Source of the DNA: an uncultured Gemmatimonadales bacterium
GTDB taxonomy: Bacteria > Gemmatimonadota > Gemmatimonadetes > Longimicrobiales > RSA9
Direction of reading: 5' to 3'
NCBI GenBank assembly: GCA_963816355.1
Contig: CAWFKH010000003.1
Location: 320,001-384,000, forward strand
Length of the DNA: 64,000 nt
The notes beneath the pieces were generated by a model that saw nothing but the letters and a program-made list of their open reading frames with translations, searched no databases and was not told where the DNA came from. The translations under genes were made by a program, and so were the position numbers. Of the stretch, positions 1-9,800 are shown piece after piece. Numbering within the stretch: position 1 is the first letter of the stretch; every line of letters starts with the position of its first letter.

Positions 1-1066
1 CGCCGTGCTGGACGGCAAGCTCACCTTCGGCGCGACGTACTACACCGATGATACGAAGGACATCATCCTTCAGGTCCCGCTGCCGCCGAGCACCGGCTTC
101 ACCGGCCAGTGGTCGAACGGCGCCGAGATCCAGAACCACGGCTGGGAGCTGACGCTCGGCCTGCAGCCGCTCAAGCGGACGAACTTCGCGCTCAACTTCG
201 ACGCCTCCTGGGCGCAGAACAACAGCTGCGTGAAGGACCTCGCCGGCTCGGACTTCATCGCGCTCGCCGGCTTCACCGGTTCGCTCACCGGCCTCGCCGC
301 GCCCGAGAAGGACGCGAACGGCAACATCACGAAGTGCTACGAGTACAACACGCTCTACGGGCAGGACTTCATTCGCTTCGGGAACGGCAGCCTCGTCGGC
401 GGCGTCGACATCGACCAGGCGTTCCCGAACGCACCGAAGGGCGCGGTCTACATCGCGGACGACGGATTCCCGCTGCAGGATCCGCAGAACCGGCCGTTCA
501 TCAACGTGAACCCGGACTGGACGGCGTCGCTGCGCACGACGCTCACGCTCTACAAGAACCTGTCGATCTCTGGGCTGCTCGACGTCAACCAGGGCAGCCA
601 CATGTGGAACGGCACCAAGGGTGCGCTCTACTTCTTCGGCACCCACCTGGACACGCAGCCGTACCACGGCCTCGGCCAGGACGTCGTCTTCGGCGACTCC
701 TATCTGCCGCAGGAGCAGGTGGACGGGCCCGGCAAGGGCAAGGAAGTCCTGATCAACGAGAGCTGGTTCGTCGACAACATCGGCAGCGGATTCACCGGTC
801 CGTTCACGCAGTTCGTCGAGAACTCCAGCTTCGTGAAGCTGCGCGACGTCTCGCTCGGCTACACGGCGAGTGGCGACTGGGTGCGGCGCGTCGGCTTCTC
901 GTCGATCGACCTGCGCGCCAGCGGCCGCAACCTGGTCACGTGGACGGACTACACCGGGATCGATCCGGAATCGAACCTGACGGCACAGAGCGCCGGCCGC
1001 GGCCTCGAGTACTTCAACAACCCGCGGATCCGCTCCTATGTCTTCACTGTCTCGCTGAATCGGTAG
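1..1066 (+). CDS. SusC/RagA-family TonB-linked outer membrane receptor, C-terminal part (5' truncated by window)
   Basis: Barrel motifs NGAEIQNHGWEL, FVKLRDVSLGY, GRNLVTWTDYTGIDPE and a C-terminal beta-strand; immediately followed by a SusD-like gene. Confidence 0.93.
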   Translation, partial: AVLDGKLTFGATYYTDDTKDIILQVPLPPSTGFTGQWSNGAEIQNHGWELTLGLQPLKRTNFALNFDASWAQNNSCVKDLAGSDFIALAGFTGSLTGLAAPEKDANGNITKCYEYNTLYGQDFIRFGNGSLVGGVDIDQAFPNAPKGAVYIADDGFPLQDPQNRPFINVNPDWTASLRTTLTLYKNLSISGLLDVNQGSHMWNGTKGALYFFGTHLDTQPYHGLGQDVVFGDSYLPQEQVDGPGKGKEVLINESWFVDNIGSGFTGPFTQFVENSSFVKLRDVSLGYTASGDWVRRVGFSSIDLRASGRNLVTWTDYTGIDPESNLTAQSAGRGLEYFNNPRIRSYVFTVSLNR

Positions 1067-1075
1067 ACGGGGAGG

Positions 1076-2458
1076 ATGAACTTCATGCGATATCTCACGA
1101 GACGGACGGCGGTCGTGGCGGCCGCGGCGCTCCTGCTCGGCTCCGTCGGTGCGTGCGACTTCATCCAGTCGCCCACCGGGGATCCGAACGCGGTGCCGGT
1201 CGCGCAGCTCGACCAGCTGTTCACGACGGTGCAGGTCAACGCGTTCTTCATGACGGAGAGCGAGCTCGGGCGCATGCCCTCGATCTGGCTGCAGCAGATG
1301 AAAGGTGCCCAGCGCCAGTTCTCCGGTTATGAGACGTACGACTTCCAGGAGGACGTGGGCGACGACATGTGGCAGAACGTCTATCGCCACGGCGGCCTCA
1401 ACGACCTCAAGGAGGCGGAGGCGGCGGCCGAGGCGGCCGACCGCCCCGCCTACGCCGGGATCCTCAAGATCTATGAAGCGTACCTGATCGGCTCCGCGGC
1501 GGATGTGTGGGGCGACGTGCCCTACTCGCAGGCGGCCGATCCGGAGGTCGCGGATCCGGAGCTGGACGACCAGATGACGGTCTACCAGCAGGTGGAGTCG
1601 CTCCTCGACGAGGCGATCGGCAACCTCGGTGGCGGCGGCGCACCCGGCAGCGTGGACATGGTCTTCGGCGGCAACACCGCGAAGTGGATCGCGGTGGCCC
1701 ACACGCTGAAGGCGCGCTACTACATGCACACCGCCGAGGTGAACGGGGACGCGGCGTACCAGGCTGCGCTGAGCGAGGCGCAGCAGGGAATCACCGATCC
1801 CTCAGGCAACTGGCACGCCGTCCACTCCACCACAGCATCGGAGTGGAACGACTGGTACCAGTTCACGGCGCAGGACCGCTCCGGCTACATGGAGCCGAAT
1901 GACTTCATGGTCACCCTGCTCCGCGACCGGAACGATCCGCGGCTCGACCTCTACTTCGCGGAGTTCAACGCGGACAAGAGCCACTCGGACAACCTGCGCG
2001 GCACCGTCACCGGCACGTCCGGTCCGGGCGCGCAGAACTTCCCCCAGCCGATCGTGACCTGCTCCGAGGCCCAGTTCATCATCGCCGAGGCGCAGTTCAA
2101 GCTGGGCAACACCGCGGCGGCGCAGTCGGCGTACGAGGATGGCCTCGCCTGCCAGGAGGCGTACTGGGGCGTCACGCTTACGCCGAACGAGCCGGTCACG
2201 CTGCAGGAGATCATGACCGCGAAGTACATCGCGCTGTTCCTGAATCCGGAGATCTGGAACGACTACAAGCGCACCTGCTATCCCCAGGTCGTGCCGCCCT
2301 CCGGCGCGCTCGAACTGGCCGGGCACCTGCAAGTCCCGCCGGGGTTCTACTACCCGACGTCGGAGCGGCAGGCCAACCCGATGCTTCCGGATAACACGGA
2401 GGCGGTGCTCCGCAACACGAACGACCCGAACTTCTGCACCTACACGGGCGTCAACTGA
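1076..2458 (+). CDS. SusD/RagB-family nutrient-binding lipoprotein
   Basis: GGAGG RBS; lipobox VGAC; WGDVPYSQA, KWIAVAHTLKARYYMH and EIWNDYKRT SusD-like motifs. Confidence 0.92.
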   Translation: MNFMRYLTRRTAVVAAAALLLGSVGACDFIQSPTGDPNAVPVAQLDQLFTTVQVNAFFMTESELGRMPSIWLQQMKGAQRQFSGYETYDFQEDVGDDMWQNVYRHGGLNDLKEAEAAAEAADRPAYAGILKIYEAYLIGSAADVWGDVPYSQAADPEVADPELDDQMTVYQQVESLLDEAIGNLGGGGAPGSVDMVFGGNTAKWIAVAHTLKARYYMHTAEVNGDAAYQAALSEAQQGITDPSGNWHAVHSTTASEWNDWYQFTAQDRSGYMEPNDFMVTLLRDRNDPRLDLYFAEFNADKSHSDNLRGTVTGTSGPGAQNFPQPIVTCSEAQFIIAEAQFKLGNTAAAQSAYEDGLACQEAYWGVTLTPNEPVTLQEIMTAKYIALFLNPEIWNDYKRTCYPQVVPPSGALELAGHLQVPPGFYYPTSERQANPMLPDNTEAVLRNTNDPNFCTYTGVN

Positions 2459-2475
2459 GCGGATCGTGACCTGAC

Positions 2476-2847
2476 ATGGGCAAGCCCCGTCTCTCCAGCC
2501 CCCTGTGGCTCGCGCTGCTCCTCCTCGGAGCGTGCGCGAGCTCGGGGCGGCAGGAGGGGCGGGGCGCGCTCGTTCAGGTGCAGGTGATCAACGACCTCAT
2601 CCCGCCGCGCTCCGTCACGGTCGAGATCTCCCCCTCTCAGGGCGGCAGCCGCATCGTGTTGGGTTCCGTCTCCCCCACCGCCGACCATACCTTCCGCTAC
2701 TCTCCACCCGTGACAGGGACCGATTACGTGATCACGGCGGTAAATGCAGAACGGAACCGGATCACGTCCCGCGCTTTCCCGATCCGGGTGGGCGACGTGG
2801 TGGTGTGGTCGCTGCGCAACAACGAGCTGGATCTTCGACGGCAGTAG
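2476..2847 (+). CDS. small hypothetical lipoprotein
   Basis: Signal peptide with lipobox LLGAC and a beta-rich body; 17 bp after susD. Confidence 0.7.
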   Translation: MGKPRLSSPLWLALLLLGACASSGRQEGRGALVQVQVINDLIPPRSVTVEISPSQGGSRIVLGSVSPTADHTFRYSPPVTGTDYVITAVNAERNRITSRAFPIRVGDVVVWSLRNNELDLRRQ

Positions 2848-2851
2848 ACCG

Positions 2852-3313
2852 ATGACCTTCAGATCCCTTCGGCGCACCGCTCGCTGGGTGCCGCTCCTCT
2901 GCGCGCCCGGCTTCGCCGCCTGCTACTCGTACGTTCCCGTGGATTGGGGGGCGCCCGCCCGCGGGACGCCGATACGGGCCGAGGTGCACGGCGCGCCGAC
3001 CTACGAGGTGGGCAATCGCCAGCTCCAGGACATCGCGACCGTCAATGGGCAGGTGATCCTCTGGCAGCCGGACACGCTGGCGCTCTCCGTCTTCGACCTG
3101 CACAGCGCCGGCGGCCAGAGCTTCGACGGCTACGGCTTCACCGTCAAGGTGCCGCAGGCGGATGTCTCACGCGTCGCCATGAAGCGGCTCGACCACACGC
3201 GTACGATCCTCTTCTCGGTGGGGCTGGCTGTCGCAGTCGTGGCGATCGGTGGCGCCCTGGGCGGCGCGCTCGGGAGCGGCCCCGGTCCAGAGAATGGGGG
3301 AGCCACGAAGTAG
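2852..3313 (+). CDS. hypothetical lipoprotein with C-terminal hydrophobic segment
   Basis: ATG at 2852, 4 bp after the previous stop; FAACYSYVPV lipobox-like start; C-terminal ILFSVGLAVAVVAIGGALGG. Confidence 0.7.
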   Translation: MTFRSLRRTARWVPLLCAPGFAACYSYVPVDWGAPARGTPIRAEVHGAPTYEVGNRQLQDIATVNGQVILWQPDTLALSVFDLHSAGGQSFDGYGFTVKVPQADVSRVAMKRLDHTRTILFSVGLAVAVVAIGGALGGALGSGPGPENGGATK

Positions 3314-3362
3314 GGTAGGAGCTCCGGGCCGGCGCAGGGGCCGTCCTGCGCCCACTCCGCCG

Positions 3363-4217
3363 TCAGCGTCCGCCCGACCCGAGCGAGTTCCGCATCCACA
3401 CCAGCACCACCCCGCACCGCGCGTTTTTCCGGACGGAGTAGCGAGCCGGCGCCTGCACGCCGTGCACGTACACCTCGACGGCGGCGATGTCCTTCGGGCT
3501 CAGGTCGTTGGCGTTCGCGTGCGGCTCGTAGTGGCCATCGACGTAGTACTGGATCGGGCAGTCGGCCGCCTGGAAGGCGATGTTGCGGCTGCCGGTGAAG
3601 TTCGTGCCACCCGATTCCGGAGCGGAGCGCATCCCGGCGTTGCAGATGTCCATGAAGGTGCTGCAGTCGATGCGCATGCCCGGCACCATGCGGAGCATGT
3701 CGCTGAACACACGCGGCTGAACGCGCTCGATGTCCGCGCGCGTGATGAAGTAGCCGAGGCCGCGCTCCTTGCGGGTGTAGAACTCGAGCATGTTGTGCGA
3801 CGCGGTCCGCGGCACGCCGATCGCGCGCAGCGAGTCCAGCCGGATCGGCTCCGGCTGCAGCTCGATCATGATCGTCGTCGTGCTTCCGTCGACGACGCCC
3901 ACGCTCCGCTCCGTGGTGCGAAAGCCGAGGAAGCGGACGCGGATCACGTGTTCGCCCGCGGCGACGGCGTCGATGCGGAGCACGCCCCCTCGGTCCGTGA
4001 CGCCGAGGGACGTGTCGCCGTCGAAGAGGATCTCGGCGTCGGAGAGCGGAGCGCCGGTGGCCGATACGCGCACGTGCACGATCAGGCTGGCGGTACGCTG
4101 CTGTGCCGCGAGCGGCGTGGCGAGGGTCGTGATCAGGACGGTGGCGAGGGCCGCGATCCGGGCGGCGGCGAAGGCCGCGATCAGGGCGGCGCACGTGGAC
4201 GATTTGTGGAGCCTCAT
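3363..4217 (-). CDS. carboxypeptidase-regulatory-like domain + TonB plug domain protein (no barrel)
   Basis: Signal peptide, GEHVIRVRFLGF, FYTRKERGLGYFITRADIE, DMLRMVPG, YYVDG, IAAVEVY, CGVVLVW; GGGAG RBS before ATG 4217. Confidence 0.8.
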   Translation of the reverse strand: MRLHKSSTCAALIAAFAAARIAALATVLITTLATPLAAQQRTASLIVHVRVSATGAPLSDAEILFDGDTSLGVTDRGGVLRIDAVAAGEHVIRVRFLGFRTTERSVGVVDGSTTTIMIELQPEPIRLDSLRAIGVPRTASHNMLEFYTRKERGLGYFITRADIERVQPRVFSDMLRMVPGMRIDCSTFMDICNAGMRSAPESGGTNFTGSRNIAFQAADCPIQYYVDGHYEPHANANDLSPKDIAAVEVYVHGVQAPARYSVRKNARCGVVLVWMRNSLGSGGR

Positions 4218-4319
4218 CACGGACTCCCGGGTCGGTGGGACGGCGCGGCACCGGCAGCGCCGTCCTGCGCGTTGCCGCGGCGGGATCGGCGGCGTGTTCA
4301 TGCGGATCCTTACCCCTCA

Positions 4320-4348
4320 ACAATGACCGCGCCCCGCGCGTCTGTCAA
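4320..4348 (-). promoter_or_regulatory. putative sigma70 promoter for the 3363-4217 gene
   Basis: TTGACA-N17-CATTGT on the minus strand. Confidence 0.5.
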
Positions 4349-4476
4349 TCGAGCCGGCTGGTCGCGGCGTGTCGCGCGGCGGCCGCGCGTGCCCCGCCGT
4401 CCCACTGGCGGAGGGTACCGGCGCCCGCCTACCTTCCGGGATCCGCACCCGCACCCGCTCGAGGAACACCGCCGCC

Positions 4477-4824
4477 ATGGAGCCTTACCGCGTCGACAAA
4501 CCGTGGGGCCACGAGCTCGTCTGGGCCCGCACCGACCGCTACGTCGGCAAGATCCTGCACGTCCGCGCCGGACACGCCCTCTCGCTGCAGTACCACGAGC
4601 GCAAGGACGAGACGATCCACCTGCTGCGCGGCCGGATGCGCTTCTGGGTCGGTCCCTCGATCGAGGCGCTCGCCGAGGTCGATTTCCCCGAGGGTTCGAG
4701 CCGTCGCATCACGCCGGGGACGGTGCATCGCATGGAGGCGGTGAGCGACATCGACATCCTCGAGGCGTCCACGCCCGAGCTGGAGGACGTCGTGCGGCTC
4801 GAGGACCGTTACGGCCGCGCGTGA
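4477..4824 (+). CDS. cupin-domain protein (mannose-6-phosphate isomerase type II C-terminal-like)
   Basis: KPWGHE, LSLQYHERKDET, PGTVHR, EASTPELEDVVRLEDRYGR; GAGGA RBS. Confidence 0.85.
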   Translation: MEPYRVDKPWGHELVWARTDRYVGKILHVRAGHALSLQYHERKDETIHLLRGRMRFWVGPSIEALAEVDFPEGSSRRITPGTVHRMEAVSDIDILEASTPELEDVVRLEDRYGRA

Positions 4825-5330
4825 GCGCGTACCTCGGCCTCGGCTCCAACGTGGGGGATCGGGAGGCGCAGCTTCGCGCGGCGATCGCCGCCCTCTCCGG
4901 GATCGGCACGATCTCCGCGATCTCCTCCGTGTGGGAGACGGAGCCGGTCGGCCACGCGGAGCAGCCGCGCTTCCTCAACCTCGTCCTCCGTCTGGACACG
5001 CCCCTGCCGGCCGAGGCACTGCTCACGCGCGCGAAGGAGATCGAGCGCGATCTCGGGCGGCGGCCCTCGGTCCCGAACGGACCCCGTTCCATCGACATCG
5101 ACCTGCTCTTCCACGACGACGAGCGTCGCGCCGACGGCGATCTCCGCCTCCCGCACCCGCGCGTCCTCGAGAGAGGCTTCACGCTGCGGCCGCTCGCCGA
5201 GATCGACCCTGGCCTGCGCCACCCGGCCACCGGCCGCACGATCGCCGATCACCTCTCGGCGGCCCGGGAGCTCGAGGCCGGCACGCCGCTCTATCCCGGC
5301 GAGCGGCTTCTCGGCGACGTCGCCCGATGA
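4821..5330 (+). CDS. folK: 2-amino-4-hydroxy-6-hydroxymethyldihydropteridine diphosphokinase
   Basis: AYLGLGSNVGDR, ETEPVG, FLN, GPRSIDIDLL, LPHPR...RGFTLRPL; GTG start overlaps the upstream stop. Confidence 0.95.
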   Translation: MSAYLGLGSNVGDREAQLRAAIAALSGIGTISAISSVWETEPVGHAEQPRFLNLVLRLDTPLPAEALLTRAKEIERDLGRRPSVPNGPRSIDIDLLFHDDERRADGDLRLPHPRVLERGFTLRPLAEIDPGLRHPATGRTIADHLSAARELEAGTPLYPGERLLGDVAR

Positions 5331-6541
5331 AGCGCTTCTCCCTCCTCGTCGCACTCGCGCTTCCGCTCGTCGCCGGCGCTTGCCGCGCGCAGCAGCCGGA
5401 CCCGCTCGCCGCCACCATCGCGGAGCTGCTCCCCCGCGTGGAGCGCCTGAGCGGACTGCAGGCGCGCGACTCGATCCGCTTCGCGCGCCGCAGCCGCGCG
5501 CAGCTCCGCGCCTTCCTGGAGAAGGAGCTCGACCGCGACCTGCCTCCCACCGAGCTCCGCGGCGTGCGCGGCGTCTACCGCCTGCTCGGCCTGATCCCCG
5601 ACACGCTCGACCTGCGCCGCCTGCTCCTCGACGTCTATACGGAGCAGGTCGTCGGGTTCTACGAGCCGCGCACGAAGACCCTCTACGTCGTCGCGGGCGC
5701 GACTCCCGGCGACTTCCGGCCGGTCGTCGCCCACGAGCTGGTGCACGCGCTCCAGGACCAGTACGTGGACCTCGACTCGCTCGTCTCGCCGAGTCGCGGC
5801 AACGACCGCCAGCTCGCGGCGCAGGCAGCGCTCGAGGGCCACGCCACGCTTGTGATGTTCCTCCTCACGCTCGAGGACGCCGGCCGCCCCGCAGATCCGG
5901 CCTCGCTCCCCGACCTCGCCGCCGAGATCCGCGGCGCCGTGCGGTCCCGGAACGCCGCCTTCCCCGTCTTCCGCGACGCACCCGAGATCGTCCGCGAAAG
6001 CCTCCTCTTCCCCTACTGGGGCGGGGCGCGCTTCGTCCAGGCGCTGTGGCGCCGCCACCCCAGCGCTCCGCCGCTGGATTCGCTCATGCCCGCCTCCAGC
6101 GAGCAGGTGAGCGAGCCGGATGGCCACTTCTTCCGCGAGCGCGACGAGCCCACACGCGTCCGCTTCGCCGGCGCACCGGCCGCCGGCCCGTGGCGCGTCG
6201 CTTACGAGAACACGCTCGGCCAGGAGGAGATCCGCGTCTTCCTGCGGCGCTGGCTGGACGACGACGCCGCCGCGGAGGGCTGGGACGGGGATCGCTTCCG
6301 ACTGCTCGAGAACGCCGACGAGCGCGCCCTGCTCTGGTACTCGGTGTGGGACGACGCGGCCTCCGCCGACCGTTTCGCCGCCGCCTACCGTCGCATTCTG
6401 CGGCTGCGCGGGCGGCCCGGCCGCGTCGACCGCTTCGAGCGCGCGGGACGGGCTCTGGTGCGCGTCGTCGACGCGGCCGCCGACCCGGACGCGGCCGCGA
6501 TCGGCCTGCCGGAACCCGATCTCGGTGCCTGCTGCCGGTGA
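5327..6541 (+). CDS. putative zinc metallopeptidase lipoprotein (HEXXH; Hvo_1808/DUF6782-like)
   Basis: Lipobox VAGAC; GFYEP, AHELVHALQDQ, ALEGHA, LFPY, GWDGD; ATGA overlap with folK. Confidence 0.75.
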   Translation: MKRFSLLVALALPLVAGACRAQQPDPLAATIAELLPRVERLSGLQARDSIRFARRSRAQLRAFLEKELDRDLPPTELRGVRGVYRLLGLIPDTLDLRRLLLDVYTEQVVGFYEPRTKTLYVVAGATPGDFRPVVAHELVHALQDQYVDLDSLVSPSRGNDRQLAAQAALEGHATLVMFLLTLEDAGRPADPASLPDLAAEIRGAVRSRNAAFPVFRDAPEIVRESLLFPYWGGARFVQALWRRHPSAPPLDSLMPASSEQVSEPDGHFFRERDEPTRVRFAGAPAAGPWRVAYENTLGQEEIRVFLRRWLDDDAAAEGWDGDRFRLLENADERALLWYSVWDDAASADRFAAAYRRILRLRGRPGRVDRFERAGRALVRVVDAAADPDAAAIGLPEPDLGACCR

Positions 6542-6560
6542 GCCGGGACCGCAGCCCCCC

Positions 6561-6589
6561 TTGCGCCGCTCGCGCTCCCGTTTTATTTC
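6561..6589 (+). promoter_or_regulatory. putative sigma70 promoter upstream of the structured susC leader
   Basis: TTGCGC-N17-TATTTC. Confidence 0.4.
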
Positions 6590-6606
6590 GGGTCCCGTGA
6601 TCCCGA

Positions 6607-6758
6607 TGACAGCAGCGGACCCCGCCGATCGTCCGGCGACTCGATCCCGCGATAGCGGCGGGCGAGGGTCCGCATAGCCCGCTCGGCGGGGTCGCTGTCA
6701 CATTTCGTCCCGTTCGAACGTTTATTCGAGACGGGTGCCCAGCCACGGACCGGGCACC
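6607..6758 (+). ncRNA. candidate structured cis-regulatory RNA in the susC leader
   Basis: 18-bp long-range stem (6607-6613/6694-6700 and 6618-6628/6683-6693), internal hairpins and two following hairpins. Confidence 0.35.
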
Positions 6759-6890
6759 GCGTCGGCACGCTTCTCCTCCAGCCTCAGCGAGCCCCTGTGG
6801 CTGCGGCGCGCTTCAACATAGAGCCGTTGTTCGAACCGTGTGACATCCCCACGTAGTCTGCCATTTCGTCCCATTAGGTCAGGAGGCAAC

Positions 6891-9800
6891 ATGACGAGCT
6901 TCGCCCGGCTGTGGGCCCGCGCAGCGCTGTTTACGGCGCTTTCACTCGCGTGGGCCGTGACGGCACAGGCCCAGGACCGCGGCGCGGTCACGGGTCAGGT
7001 GACCGACGCGTCCACGAAGCTGCCGATCGCAAGTGCCCAGGTCTTCGTCCGCGGCACCGCGCTCGGCGGCTTCACCAACTCCAATGGTCGCTACCGCATC
7101 CAGAACGTCCCGGCCGGGGCGCAGGAGGTGCGCGTGACGACGATCGGCTACGCGGGCGCTTCCCGCACCGTCCAGGTCGCGGCCGGTGAGACCGCGACAG
7201 CGGACTTCGCCCTCAGCCCGACCGCGGTCGAGCTGGGCGCGGTCGTCGTCTCGGCCACCGGGCAGAAGGAATCGAAGCGGGAGGTCGGCAACGCGATCTC
7301 CACGATCAAGGTGGACGAGGTTCCGCTCGGCGCCGTGAACAGCCTTCAGGGCCTGCTCCAGGGCCGTTCGGCCGGTGTCAGCGTCCTTTCGGCGGGCGGC
7401 ACCTCGGGCACCGGCTCCCGCATCCGCATCCGCGGCTCCAACTCGGTGTCTCTCTCGAACGATCCGCTGCTGATCATCGACGGCATTCGCGCCGACGTGA
7501 GCACGAGCAGCTCGATCGGCGTGGGCGGCCAGAATCCGGACCGCTTCAACGACATCCCGCCCGAGGAGATCGAGAGCATCGACATCCTGAAGGGGCCGGC
7601 CGCTTCGGCGCTCTACGGCACGGCGGCCGCCAACGGCGTGATCGTCGTCACGACGAAGAAGGGCAAGGCCGGGCAGACGCGCTTCAACTTCTACACCGAG
7701 CAGACGCAGCTCAAGAACTACGCGGACTTCCCGGCCAACTGGTTGGCCCTTACGCCGGACGGCGCCGATGCCTGCTACCTCGTCGACCAGGCGACCGGCG
7801 ACTGCAGCCTCGGCAACCTGGAGTCGTTCAACCCGCTGACCGATCCTCGCTCGACGCCGTTCGAGACCGGCAACCGCCAGAAGTACGGCATCAACGTGAC
7901 CGGCGGCAACGACATCACGACCTACTTCATCGCCGGCGAGCTCGAGAAGGAGAACGGCGTCTACAAGTACGACCTGAATGGCATCGACCGCTCGAGCCTG
8001 CGCGCCAACCTGCGCAGCGCGCTGCGCGACAACTTCGACGTCACGGTGTCGACGGGGTACGTCAACAGCCGGCTGCGCCTGCCGCAGAACGACAACGACG
8101 TGCTCGGCATCGTCTCCGGCGCCCTGCTCGGCTTCCCGGAGTTCGACTCGGAGTCGGAGGGCTACGGCTTCGGCCTCACGCCGCAGGACATCTCCGCGAT
8201 CCTGACGCTGCAGCAGCTCGAGCGCTTCACCGGCAGCCTCAGCGGCAACTACCGCCCCTTCTCGTGGTTCGAGGTCGTCGCCACGGCGGGCGTCGACCGC
8301 GCGAACCGGCACGACAACGAGACGATCCCGCCGGAGCGCGTGAACTTCAGCTCTCTTCCGGAAGGGGAGCGCTCGTCGAACCGGGCGGAGATCACGGACT
8401 ACACCGCCAACCTGAGCGGCACGGCGACGTACGACGTCAGCGGTGACATCGGCGGCAGCACGAGTGTCGGCGGCCAGTTCACCGACGAGGTGTTCCGCCA
8501 GACGACGGCGTTCGGCGCCAAGCTGCTGGCGGGGACCTCCTCGCTGAACGGCGTCAACGCCCGCTTCAACGTGGGCGAGAACAACTCGGACGTCCGTACG
8601 ATCGGCGTCTTCGCCCAGCAGAAGTTCTCCTACAAGGACCGCCTCTACGTGAGCGGCGCGCTGCGCGCGGACGACAACAGCGCGTTCGGCGCCGACTTCG
8701 GCCTCATCGCCTATCCGGCGGCGGAGCTGTCGTGGGTGATCGGCGACGAGCCGTGGTTCCCGAAGACCTCCGCGCTCAGCAGCCTGCGGCTGCGCACGGC
8801 GTGGGGCCGCTCCGGCCTGCGTCCGGGCTTCCGCGACGCGATCCAGTACCTCAACCCGGTCGCCGTGGTGGTGAGCGGGCAGGAGGTGCCCGGCTTCACG
8901 TTCGGCGGCGCGGGCAACATCAACCTGCGCCCGGAGAAGTCGACGGAGTACGAGGCGGGTCTCGACGCAGGCTTCGCGAACGAGCGTCTCGGCCTCGAGC
9001 TGACCTACTACCACAAGACGTCGGTGGACGCGCTCATCTCGCGCCGGCTGCCGCCGTCGCTGGGCGTGAGCTCCTCGCGCTTCGAGAACCTCGGCAGCGT
9101 GCTGAACGAGGGGCTCGAGCTGCTGCTCAACGCCCGGCTGCTCCAGATGTCGTCGCTCCAGTGGGACGCGACGCTCACCGGCTCGTGGACCAAGAACGAG
9201 CTGACCGACATCGGCACCGACCCGACGACCGGCGACAAGATCGCGCCGATCATCTTCGGCCTCGGCGGCGACACGCAGCACCACCAGGAAGGCTTCCCGC
9301 TCGGCGGCTACTGGGCGGTGCCGATCACCGGCTACAGCGACGCGGACGGCAACGGCCTGCTGAGCCCGGACGAGGTGCAGGTGGGCGACGAGCCGACGTA
9401 TCTCGGCCCGTCGTTCCCGACGCGGGAGTTCTCGCTCCAGACGAGCGCGACCTTCAAGAACGTCGTGAACCTGTCCGCGCTGGTCGATTACCACGGCGGC
9501 TACAAGCAGTTCAACAGCACCGAGGAGTTCCGCTGCGGCGCGTTCCAGATCTGCCGCGCCGACTTCGACCCGAGCGCCTCGCTCGCGGATCAGGCTGCGG
9601 CGATCGGCACGCTGATCTACGGGACGCCGGCCGGCTATATCGAGAACGCGGACTTCGCGAAGTTCCGCGAGCTCTCCGTGGCCCTCATCGCGCCGCGCTC
9701 CTTCGCGCAGCAGATGGGCTTCCAGGGTCTGAAGCTCACGCTCTCCGGCCATAACCTGGCCGTGTGGACGAACTACAAGGGCCTGGATCCGGAGATCAAT

